Assembly (NCBI GenBank): GCA_000175855.1
Contig: ACYB01000029.1
Coordinates: 60,001 to 92,000, forward strand
Direction: 5' to 3'
DNA length: 32,000 nucleotides
Origin: Raphidiopsis brookii D9
Lineage (GTDB): Bacteria; Cyanobacteriota; Cyanobacteriia; Cyanobacteriales; Nostocaceae
Positions 21,050-29,895 of this stretch are shown piece by piece; the first letter of the stretch is position 1, and every line of letters starts with the position of its first letter. The notes below the pieces were generated by a model. The model was not told the DNA's origin. It made no database searches and worked only from the letters and a program-made list of their open reading frames with translations. A program made the position numbers and the translations under genes.

Positions 21050-21419
21050 TAATCTCTCAGGGCTTGATAATTGTGTGGGGTGGGTGACGCGTCTTTTTGC
21101 CTTATGACTCGTGCTTACCACTAGGATCTACCATACCATAATCTTGATTACTGGTAACACTAGATCTTAAATTCTATCGATAACAGGTTCTATTAGGAGA
21201 ATGTAATCGCCCTTGTGCAGTATAGCTAAAACAGTTGACCAAATAGGGTATTAACCAAAGGTAATATTACCATATTTTCAACATAGTTTGTCCCACACGC
21301 AAAAAAGTATCAGTTGGTAGCCTCGCATTTTAAAACAGGTTTACATCTTTTAAGTATCCATTTTGATTGCGCCAAAACAAAACTGTAGCAAGTTGGTAGC
21401 AACAAGCTTGTGTCTGCTT

Positions 21420-23054
21420 CTAATTAATCCCGGTTTCTTTAGACCAGGGAGAAGTAAGTGGTGCAATTGAGCTGAGTTTTAACTCCGGATGGTCTCCTTG
21501 TAATTGTTGACAGTTCCACTCATTACGGAATAGTAAAACAGGTCTTCCCATAGAATCCTTTACCGTAATAGTATTAAATAAACGTCCTACTTTATTCAAA
21601 GTATGCCAACCACCATCTACCCATCGAGCTACGGTATATGGCAATAGGTCTAGGATCGTTTCCACACCATACTCATTTTGTAGTCGGAACTGAACAACCT
21701 CAAATTGTAACTGACCAACTGCTGCCAAAATCGGATCTCGTTTAGCTTCATCCGTTGAATACATAATTTGTACAGCACCTTCTTCTCTTAATTCAGAAAC
21801 ACCTTTTTGAAATTGCTTGAATTTTGATGGGTTAGGATTTCTTAAGGTGGCAAAAAGTTCTGGAGAAAAATAGGGAATTCCCTCATATTCTAGCTTTTGT
21901 CCCGTATAAATTGTATCTCCAATAGCAAACACACCGGGGTTATTTAACCCAATCACATCACCCGGATAAGCCACATCTATAGATTCTCTTTCCTGGGCAA
22001 AAAGTTTCTGAGGTCGAGATAGACGAACTGCTTTACCTGTGCGAGCATGATTGACTGTCATATCTTTTTCAAATTTGCCTGTGCAAACCCGGACAAAAGC
22101 AACTCTATCTCTATGTTTAGGGTCCATATTGGCTTGCAGTTTAAATACAAAACCCGTAAACTCCGGGTAAGTTGGTGCAATCTTACCTGCGCTGCTGTGA
22201 TGATCTCCAGGTTTGAGGGCATATTCTAAAAAGCATTTAAGAAACAACTCCACCCCGAAATTAGTCATAGCACTGCCAAAAAATATGGGGGTCATTTTTC
22301 CCTGGTGGACTAAATCTAAATCCAGTTGTTCACCAGCACCTTCCAGCAATTCTAACTCATCCTTGAGTTGGTGGTAAAGATCCTGATCTAACAATTCTTG
22401 AATTTTAGCATCTCCCAGATTGACCATTGTACTGCGAGCTTCCTTACTTCCGTGGGCGCTCCTTTCAAATAGATGGATCTGGTTATGGTTACGGTCAAAT
22501 ACCCCTTTAAATCTATCTCCCATACCTATAGGCCAGTTTACGGCGTATGTCTGTAAACCTAGTTCCTGTTCAATTTCATCCAATAACTCTAGAGGTTCTC
22601 TCCCAGGACGGTCAAGTTTATTAACAAAGGTAAATATAGGAATACCCCTTAATTTGCATACTTCAAACAGTTTACGAGTTTGAGGTTCCAGACCCTTAGC
22701 AGCATCAATTAACATCACCGCATTATCAGCTGCTGCTAAAGTTCTATAAGTGTCCTCACTAAAATCTTGGTGTCCAGGGGTATCCAGCAAATTAATTTGA
22801 CAGCTATGATAGACAAATTGCAAAACTGTAGAGGTAATAGAAATACCCCGTTGTTGTTCCATAGCCATCCAGTCAGAAGTCACCTTACGTTGGTCTCTTC
22901 GAGCTTTAACCGCTCCAGCTTCATGAATGGCACCCCCGTATAATAATAGTTTTTCTGTCAGAGTAGTTTTACCAGCATCCGGGTGAGAAATAATGGCAAA
23001 ATTGCGCCGTTGTTCTACTGCTTGACTCAGTTCTTCGGTTAGTTCAATTGTCAT
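21420..23054 (-). CDS. prfC: Peptide chain release factor 3
   Basis: [71 protein letters not shown]. The track ORF extends to 23183, but the likely ATG is at 23052-23054 ([20 protein letters not shown]). Confidence 0.96.
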   Translation of the reverse strand: MTIELTEELSQAVEQRRNFAIISHPDAGKTTLTEKLLLYGGAIHEAGAVKARRDQRKVTSDWMAMEQQRGISITSTVLQFVYHSCQINLLDTPGHQDFSEDTYRTLAAADNAVMLIDAAKGLEPQTRKLFEVCKLRGIPIFTFVNKLDRPGREPLELLDEIEQELGLQTYAVNWPIGMGDRFKGVFDRNHNQIHLFERSAHGSKEARSTMVNLGDAKIQELLDQDLYHQLKDELELLEGAGEQLDLDLVHQGKMTPIFFGSAMTNFGVELFLKCFLEYALKPGDHHSSAGKIAPTYPEFTGFVFKLQANMDPKHRDRVAFVRVCTGKFEKDMTVNHARTGKAVRLSRPQKLFAQERESIDVAYPGDVIGLNNPGVFAIGDTIYTGQKLEYEGIPYFSPELFATLRNPNPSKFKQFQKGVSELREEGAVQIMYSTDEAKRDPILAAVGQLQFEVVQFRLQNEYGVETILDLLPYTVARWVDGGWHTLNKVGRLFNTITVKDSMGRPVLLFRNEWNCQQLQGDHPELKLSSIAPLTSPWSKETGIN

Positions 23055-23100
23055 AGTTTCATAGTTATAGTTATTAGTAAGCTTAACTTGAGATATTATT

Positions 23101-23655
23101 TTACCTAAGACGTTTATGCAAAAAAAACTGTCGAGAGGGGAAGAAAAAATCCTGCCAACTGGACTCCACCCTATAGATTTCATATCCCAACTTTAAGTAT
23201 AGCTTCCTAGCTTGATCATTTTTTTCCAAAACATGAAGATAAATGTCTTGAAATCCCCAGGTTTTACACACTTGTTCACAACTGATTAGTAAACTAGATG
23301 CCAAACCATATCTCCGATATCTTGGAGCAACAGCCAAGTTAGACACATAGGGCAATAATCTGCTGTAACTTGTCCAACTATGGATAGATCTCACTCCCAG
23401 TTCCACTGTACCAAGAACTTTACAATTGCCCGATTGGCTCGTATGGACAGCGACTAAACAAGTCTGGTGAGGCATTAATGTTTGGAGACGATATTTGAGA
23501 TCTTCATAAATGCCAATTCTAAACAATGGGAAGGCCCATCCCCATAAACCATTCTGGGAATAAAAGCTTTCGGTTATTATTTGGGCAATTCCAGACAAAT
23601 CACTGGAAGTGGCCACACGAACTTGCCAATCACAAGCATTTAAACTCACAAGCAT
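23101..23655 (-). CDS. GNAT-family N-acetyltransferase
   Basis: 184 aa; [61 protein letters not shown]. Confidence 0.9.
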   Translation of the reverse strand: MLVSLNACDWQVRVATSSDLSGIAQIITESFYSQNGLWGWAFPLFRIGIYEDLKYRLQTLMPHQTCLVAVHTSQSGNCKVLGTVELGVRSIHSWTSYSRLLPYVSNLAVAPRYRRYGLASSLLISCEQVCKTWGFQDIYLHVLEKNDQARKLYLKLGYEIYRVESSWQDFFFPSRQFFLHKRLR

Positions 23656-23704
23656 TTAAGAGAGATGTCATTGTATTATCAATGTTGTTGAGATTCCCGG
23701 GAAC

Positions 23705-24247
23705 ATGAGCCAATTAAAATATTGTCAGCAATTGTTTGTTAGTTCACAGTGGTTATTTGGTAATATTACTAATTCAGATAATAACACACAGGATGATTCG
23801 TGTATAGTAGTGGTGGATTGTCGATTTTCCCTGGCTGATCCTTTATGGGGAAGGAATCAATACCAGATGGGCCACATACCAGGCGCTTACTACTTAGATT
23901 TAAACCAAGATCTGTCCGGTGTAGTTGGTCAACATGGAGGAAGACACCCTTTACCAGATGTGTCTATTTTAGCTGATAAGCTGGCACAAATGGGGATTAA
24001 TCATGGGCAATCTTTGGTAGTCGCTTATGATGATTCTCGATTGGCATTTGCATCTCGATTATGGTGGCTATTACGTTACTTAGGCCACGAAAATGTAGCC
24101 GTTTTGGATGGCGGTTTTTCCGGATGGCAAAGTTTAGGTTACCCCGTCTCTAATATACCATCTACCATACCGGGAAAGAGGGAAATTTTACTCCCCACCT
24201 ACAAGCAACAAAAATTGTGGATTTTAATTATGTTAAACATTATGTAG
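23705..24247 (+). CDS. Two-domain sulfurtransferase (thiosulfate/3-mercaptopyruvate type), N-terminal non-catalytic rhodanese domain, frameshifted at its end
   Basis: [39 protein letters not shown]..., [37 protein letters not shown]; the frame switches near 24190-24205. Confidence 0.85.
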   Translation: MSQLKYCQQLFVSSQWLFGNITNSDNNTQDDSCIVVVDCRFSLADPLWGRNQYQMGHIPGAYYLDLNQDLSGVVGQHGGRHPLPDVSILADKLAQMGINHGQSLVVAYDDSRLAFASRLWWLLRYLGHENVAVLDGGFSGWQSLGYPVSNIPSTIPGKREILLPTYKQQKLWILIMLNIM

Positions 24248-25713
24248 AACAAATTAATCAGTCTACACTAACAGAAAACAAACCAGTTCTAATAGACGCA
24301 AGGGAAGGCGATCGCTATCGTGGGGAAAGGGAACCCATTGATGCAATTGCTGGTCATATTCCAGGTGCTATAAATTACCCTTGGCAAGGGGTAACAAATG
24401 CCCAGGGCTATTTACTATCAGATCAAGGAGAAAGATGGCAAGCAATAGCAAATAGTCCAGAAATCATTGTTTATTGTGGTTCTGGTGTCACTGCTTGTGT
24501 TAATTTGCTATCCTTGGAAATAGCGGGAATTTCCACTGCTAAACTTTATCCTGGTAGTTGGAGTGATTGGATTAGTTATCAGACAAACAACATGTTTTCT
24601 TTTATTCGCCCGGATTTATCCGAATTTACATCTTATAAACCTCACCCCAGTAGTGATACGTTAGAACCAGTAAACACTGAGCTAGATAGGCTTGATACTA
24701 ATGAGAGTCCTTATGATTTGCCACAGGAAATTAAGAAAAAACTAGCTGAGACTTTTCAACACACTATAGAGTCTAATCGCTATCCCGATGGTGGGCACGA
24801 AGCACTAAAAGCGGAAATAGCTCAATATGTGAGTGAATCCGCTGGTCTATCTTCTGATTCTTTCAGTGCTGTTAACATTTCCGTCGGTAATGGTTCGGAT
24901 GAGTTAATTCGTTCCCTCTTAATTTCCACCTGTTTGGGAGGAGCAGGTTCTATTTTAGTTGCCAATCCCACTTTCTCCATGTACGCTATCCTGGCACAAA
25001 CCTTGGGTATTCCCGTGGTCAGTGTGGGTAGGAATCATGGTCACTTTGAAATGGAACTAGATGCTGCTCAAACAGCTTTAAAAGAAGCAAATCCCCCTGT
25101 GCGGGCGGTTTTTGTTGTCCATCCTAACTCTCCTACCGCTAACTGCTTGACCGTATCAGAGTTAAATTGGTTGCAAGGTTTACCACTGGACATATTAGTG
25201 GTTATTGATGAGGCTTATTTTGAATTCAGTCAAAACACTCTGGTAGAAAGATTAATCAAACATCCTAATTGGGTGATTTTACGGACATTTTCCAAAGCTT
25301 TTCGACTGGCCGCCATGCGGGTAGGTTATTGTGTGGGTCATCCCCAGGTAATTTCTATTTTAGAAAAGGTTCGTCTACCCTATAATTTACCGAGTTTTTC
25401 CCTAGTTGGTGCTTTGGTGGCACTACAGAATCGTCAAGTTTTACTGAGTTCTATCGCTGAAACTCTCACAGAAAGAGATAAATTGATTCAAGATTTATCC
25501 ACACACCCCATTTTAGAGGTGGTTCCCAGTAATACTAATTTTATTTATGTTCGGTTAAAACACAATCATTCCCATGATGGAGTGTTAAAAAACATCAGTC
25601 AGAAATTAAGGAGCGAAGGTACTCTAATTAGACTATTACCTGGTGGATTACGAATCACCATAGGAACACCCGAGGAAAATGCCCGCACATTGAAGAGACT
25701 TGGACAAATCTGA
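24217..25713 (+). CDS. Fusion ORF: catalytic C-terminal rhodanese domain + HisC-like histidinol-phosphate aminotransferase
   Basis: 498 aa; [15 protein letters not shown]...[13 protein letters not shown]...[12 protein letters not shown] (MST/TST active loop), then from Met 24592 a full aminotransferase ([46 protein letters not shown]). Confidence 0.88.
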   Translation: MDFNYVKHYVEQINQSTLTENKPVLIDAREGDRYRGEREPIDAIAGHIPGAINYPWQGVTNAQGYLLSDQGERWQAIANSPEIIVYCGSGVTACVNLLSLEIAGISTAKLYPGSWSDWISYQTNNMFSFIRPDLSEFTSYKPHPSSDTLEPVNTELDRLDTNESPYDLPQEIKKKLAETFQHTIESNRYPDGGHEALKAEIAQYVSESAGLSSDSFSAVNISVGNGSDELIRSLLISTCLGGAGSILVANPTFSMYAILAQTLGIPVVSVGRNHGHFEMELDAAQTALKEANPPVRAVFVVHPNSPTANCLTVSELNWLQGLPLDILVVIDEAYFEFSQNTLVERLIKHPNWVILRTFSKAFRLAAMRVGYCVGHPQVISILEKVRLPYNLPSFSLVGALVALQNRQVLLSSIAETLTERDKLIQDLSTHPILEVVPSNTNFIYVRLKHNHSHDGVLKNISQKLRSEGTLIRLLPGGLRITIGTPEENARTLKRLGQI

Positions 25714-25723
25714 GAGGAAAAAT

Positions 25724-25891
25724 ATGGATTTTCTTCCCCAGGTCACAAAAGATGGTTCCCTCACTTTTTTCTCTGAAGAGTTTCAGGAGTCTTTCCACAG
25801 TCTTTATGGTGCTAAACAGGAGAGTTTTCTCAAATTTGTGATTCCCACCCAAGTACCCCTATTCGCCCAAACAGGAATATTAAAATTTTAG
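25724..25891 (+). CDS. MnmC/MnmD-like (DUF752) tRNA-modification methyltransferase, N-terminal fragment
   Basis: MDFLPQVTKDGSLTFFSEEFQESFHSLYGAKQESFLKFVIP, the usual N-terminus of this family. ATG at 25724 is preceded by GAGAGG; the track uses a TTG at 25700. Confidence 0.7.
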   Translation: MDFLPQVTKDGSLTFFSEEFQESFHSLYGAKQESFLKFVIPTQVPLFAQTGILKF

Positions 25892-26061
25892 ATGTTTGCT
25901 ACGGATTAGGGTACAACACCGCCGTAGCATTAGAATCCATTCGGGGAGAAAATGCCAATTGTCGGGTAGAGATTATAGGTTTAGAATCCGATCCTCTGGT
26001 TCCCCAATCCGCAATTTGTCACAATGTTTTTGCCGATTGGCATCAAGAGTATAAACTAATT

Positions 26062-26613
26062 TTGAAGGAAATTGCTTTTAAACACTGTTATCAAGATGAT
26101 AATTTGAGTGTTAGACTAATTATAAATGACGCGAGAAAATCCATTCAGGAGATATTGTCCTCTGGTTTTTTAGCAGATGTGATTTTTCTAGATCCTTTTT
26201 CTCCACCCCATTGTCCCCAACTATGGACTGTAGAGTTTATTGAACAGATTGCTCTTTGTTTGCAACCAGGTGGACTGCTGGCAACTTACTCGTGTGCTGC
26301 TGCTGTCCGCACAGCTTTAATTTCTGCTGGGTTGATAATTGGCTCTACCACTCCTGTGGGAAGACGCACTCCAGGAACCATTGCTGGTTATGCTCCACAC
26401 CAGCATAAGTATATCACAGAAACTTATCCCCTGGGTGCAGCAGAAATAGAACACTTAAAAACCCGTGCGGCCATTCCCTATCGTGACCCTCAACTTCAAG
26501 ATGAAGCTCCTAATATCATGAAACGACGAGAACAGGAAGTTCTCACATCTACCCTAGAATCTACTTCTCAGTGGAGAAAAAGATGGCTGACAAATAACAC
26601 CCCAACTCAATAA
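26062..26613 (+). CDS. MnmC/MnmD-like (DUF752) methyltransferase, C-terminal part; the frame is open from about 25888
   Basis: NDARKSIQ, VIFLDPFSPPHCPQLWTVEFIEQIALCLQPGGLLATYSCAAAVRTALISAG; upstream in the same frame, without a start: KILDVCYGLGYNTAVALESI. Confidence 0.82.
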   Translation: MKEIAFKHCYQDDNLSVRLIINDARKSIQEILSSGFLADVIFLDPFSPPHCPQLWTVEFIEQIALCLQPGGLLATYSCAAAVRTALISAGLIIGSTTPVGRRTPGTIAGYAPHQHKYITETYPLGAAEIEHLKTRAAIPYRDPQLQDEAPNIMKRREQEVLTSTLESTSQWRKRWLTNNTPTQ

Positions 26614-26677
26614 AAGATAAAACCATTTAAGTCTACATTTAAACCTCTACTTAAACTCAGTTAAAACTTGACAATTC

Positions 26678-29122
26678 ATGATAGCAACGGAAACCTTAGA
26701 ATTATTAGAATGGCCTCGACTTTGTCAACATCTTTCTAGCTTTGCTACAACTAAGTTAGGTACAATAGTTGCTCGTTCCTTACCAATTCCATCCACACTA
26801 GAGGAAAGTGAAGGGTTATTGTGCCAAACCAAGGAGGTGTATCAGTTAGAAAGCCAACTGATTTCAGGATTATCTTTTGAGGGAATTCAAGATATTGGTG
26901 ATTCCCTAGAAAGAGCTGAACTTCATGGTCTGCTATCAAGTGAAGAACTGTTGGCTATAGCTACCACCTTAGCAGGAGCGAGAAATTTACGTCGAGTAAT
27001 TGATAATCAGGAAGATTTACCCATTCTCTGTGATTTGGTCTCCCAATTGCGAACCTATCCTGAGTTAGAGCAGGAAGTCCATCATTGTATTGATGAGCGG
27101 GCCCAGATTGCAGACCGCGCTAGTCAAAAATTGTCCGAAATTCGTGAGGATTTACGTAAATTACGTAGTCAAATTACCCAGAAACTCCATAATATTATTC
27201 AAGTTAAGTCCAACGCTCTACAGGAACTGATTATTACTCAAAGAGGTGATCGCTATGTATTACCTGTTAAAGCACCACAAAAAGATGCAGTTCCCGGGAT
27301 TGTTCACGACTCTTCTACTAGTGGTGCTACCTTATATATTGAGCCCAATAGTATTGTTTCTATGGGCAACCAATTGCGTCAAACCTTAAAACGAGAACAG
27401 GTAGAAATAGAAGCCATACTGAGAATATTAACTACAAAAGTAGCAGAAGTAAAACCGGATCTAGAAAAGTTACTAGCCATTGTCACCACCATAGATGTAG
27501 CTGCAGCTAAAGCTAGATATAGTCTTTGGATAGAGGGTAATCCACCTCGATTGATTCACCCTTCCATACCAGGTTCATCTTCCCAAATTATCACTCTGCG
27601 GCAATTACGCCATCCCTTGTTAGTTTGGCAACAAAAACACGAACAGGGACATCCAGTGGTTCCAGTAGACTTACTAATTAGTCCCCATATTAAAGTTGTC
27701 ACCATGACTGGACCAAATACCGGTGGTAAAACTGTTACCTTGAAAACTCTAGGTTTGGCCGCATTAATGGCTAAAGTAGGTTTATTTATTCCCGCACGTG
27801 AACCGGTGGAAATACCTTGGTTTAGTCAGGTTTTAGCTGATATTGGGGATGAACAGTCCTTGGCACAAAGCTTATCCACCTTTTCCGGTCATATTCGTCG
27901 CATTAGTCGCATTTTAAATGCTATTGGCGAGGAAATCCAGTCCTCACCCTACCAAACCAGTCATTCCCTGATTCTTTTGGACGAAGTAGGCGCAGGTACA
28001 GATCCAGCGGAAGGTAGCGCCCTGGCGATCGCACTGTTGAAATATCTTGGAGATCATGCTCAATTAACCATTGCCACCACGCACTTTGGGGAATTAAAAT
28101 CCTTAAAATATGAGGATATTCGCTTTGAAAATGCCTCAGTAGAATTTAATGAAACCACCCTTTCCCCCACCTACAGATTATTGTGGGGGATTCCGGGACG
28201 TTCTAATGCGCTGGCCATAGCTTTGCGGTTGGGATTAAAACCAGAAGTAGTGGAGAATGCTAAAAGCCAATTAGGAGGAACAACGGATGAAGTTAATCAA
28301 GTAATTGCAGGACTAGAAGCTCAAAGACGGAGTCAGGAAACAAAAGCTGCAGCGGCCCAGGAACTACTCAAGCAGACAGAAAAATTATACAAAGAAGTTT
28401 CCCAGCGAGCCACAGCGTTAGAAGAAAGGGAAAAAGATCTGCGAGCTTCCCAAGAGATAGCGGTACAGAAAGCCATTACTCAAGCTAAGGGAGAAATTGC
28501 CCAGGTAATTCGCCAGCTCCAACAAGGTAAACCCACGGCTCAAGATGCACAAAAAGCAACTAAGTTACTAACTGAAATTGCGGATAAATACCAACCAGCA
28601 GCTCCCCCAAAAGTGAAACAAGGATTTATCCCCGAACCTGGTGAAAGGGTGCGCATACCTAAATTAGGGCAAACTGCCCAGGTAATATCTGCTGCGGATG
28701 GAAATGGGGAGTTGACAGTGCGATTTGGAATGATGAAAATGACGGTAAACCTGGAGGATGTGGAATCCCTAGATGGGGAAAAACCATTAGTACCCAGCAA
28801 AACCAAAGCCCCCCTTGCTGGAGTTTCTGGGCAAAAACAAGAGCTTATAGCAGCATCATTACCCTCAACTGAGAATTTGGAGATGCGCACATCCAAAAAT
28901 ACTGTTGATTTACGCGGAAAAAGGGTAGCAGATGCTGAATATATCCTAGACCAAGTTATTTCCCAAGCAGCAGGACCAGTATGGATTATTCATGGATATG
29001 GAACTGGTAAACTCAAACAAGGAGTTCATGAGTTCTTGCAACAGCACCCGAGGGTCAGTCATTATGAAGCAGCATCCCGGGTGGACGGTGGTACTGGTGT
29101 AACTATCGCCCATATCAAATAG
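26678..29122 (+). CDS. mutS2: MutS2 family endonuclease/ribosome-rescue protein with C-terminal Smr domain
   Basis: 814 aa; TGPNTGGKTVTLKTLGLAALMAKVG, ILLDEVGAGTDPAEGSALAIALL, Smr VDLRGKRV...IIHGYGTGKLKQGVHEFL. Confidence 0.96.
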   Translation: MIATETLELLEWPRLCQHLSSFATTKLGTIVARSLPIPSTLEESEGLLCQTKEVYQLESQLISGLSFEGIQDIGDSLERAELHGLLSSEELLAIATTLAGARNLRRVIDNQEDLPILCDLVSQLRTYPELEQEVHHCIDERAQIADRASQKLSEIREDLRKLRSQITQKLHNIIQVKSNALQELIITQRGDRYVLPVKAPQKDAVPGIVHDSSTSGATLYIEPNSIVSMGNQLRQTLKREQVEIEAILRILTTKVAEVKPDLEKLLAIVTTIDVAAAKARYSLWIEGNPPRLIHPSIPGSSSQIITLRQLRHPLLVWQQKHEQGHPVVPVDLLISPHIKVVTMTGPNTGGKTVTLKTLGLAALMAKVGLFIPAREPVEIPWFSQVLADIGDEQSLAQSLSTFSGHIRRISRILNAIGEEIQSSPYQTSHSLILLDEVGAGTDPAEGSALAIALLKYLGDHAQLTIATTHFGELKSLKYEDIRFENASVEFNETTLSPTYRLLWGIPGRSNALAIALRLGLKPEVVENAKSQLGGTTDEVNQVIAGLEAQRRSQETKAAAAQELLKQTEKLYKEVSQRATALEEREKDLRASQEIAVQKAITQAKGEIAQVIRQLQQGKPTAQDAQKATKLLTEIADKYQPAAPPKVKQGFIPEPGERVRIPKLGQTAQVISAADGNGELTVRFGMMKMTVNLEDVESLDGEKPLVPSKTKAPLAGVSGQKQELIAASLPSTENLEMRTSKNTVDLRGKRVADAEYILDQVISQAAGPVWIIHGYGTGKLKQGVHEFLQQHPRVSHYEAASRVDGGTGVTIAHIK

Positions 29123-29279
29123 GCAAAACTTAACAACTTCTTATAATTAAGACAATAAATTTTCATTTCCCATAAAACTAAGACTTATTCTCTTGTTTAA
29201 ACTGGGTAGTTGAGTCAACCAAAACCAAATCAATCTTTGTTGTTGTCATGCTTGATAGCTTTTATTTACCGGATCACCT

Positions 29280-29882
29280 ATGACAAAAGTTATGCAATCG
29301 ACTGATAAATCAGTCAAAGCCAATTCCCCATGGCAAGAATTAAGTCAGTTTCCAACTCCTAAATCGGTAGAATGGGATAACATTAAAACTCAATTGGATT
29401 TAGTGCTTTTAGCCCTGGAAACTTTAACTGGTATTGGTTCAGATGCGATGTTATCTGCAGCTACCCATCTGGATCTGGAATCAAAAGTACCCGATAGAAT
29501 AGCTTTATGGCGATTACGCCAATCTAACCCCCTACGCAAAAGTCCAGGAGGAAGAAAAAAGCTAGATGTGGACGAGGCTAGATCTCTAGTTTTAATTACT
29601 TGTTATCTTGCTAAACAACATCAAGAGTTAATTCGGCGCGCTGTAGGGTTATTAGAAAAAATAGCGGCTAATCACCAGCAACTTCATCAAAATGCTTTAC
29701 TGGCAGATTATACGGATAACTTCTGCAATGTTTACCAGGAAAGAATGGAGGAAGATGATAAAATTTCTACTGATTTGTTGACTAATTTAGCGGTTAAACT
29801 ACTGATAGATTTACTCTTTTATAGCTCTCCTACTGGACATCGCCGACTCTGGTTAACATTGCTAGACCGTTCCACAAGATAA
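29280..29882 (+). CDS. DUF3038 domain-containing protein
   Basis: 200 aa; LDLVLLALETLTGIGSDAMLSAATHLDL...VPDRIALWRLRQSNPLRKSPGGRKKLDVDEARSLVLITCYLAKQHQ. Confidence 0.8.
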   Translation: MTKVMQSTDKSVKANSPWQELSQFPTPKSVEWDNIKTQLDLVLLALETLTGIGSDAMLSAATHLDLESKVPDRIALWRLRQSNPLRKSPGGRKKLDVDEARSLVLITCYLAKQHQELIRRAVGLLEKIAANHQQLHQNALLADYTDNFCNVYQERMEEDDKISTDLLTNLAVKLLIDLLFYSSPTGHRRLWLTLLDRSTR

Positions 29883-29895
29883 TGATATTTTTACT

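Noticed and set aside
24190-24250. Programmed -1 ribosomal frameshifting in the sulfurtransferase
   Set aside because: There is an A-rich stretch (CAACAAAAATTG), but no proper X XXY YYZ heptamer in frame and no obvious downstream hairpin; a simple indel is more economical.
25655-25852. 65 aa - strand ORF at the HisC/MnmC-like junction
   Set aside because: Antisense to the aminotransferase end and the methyltransferase start.
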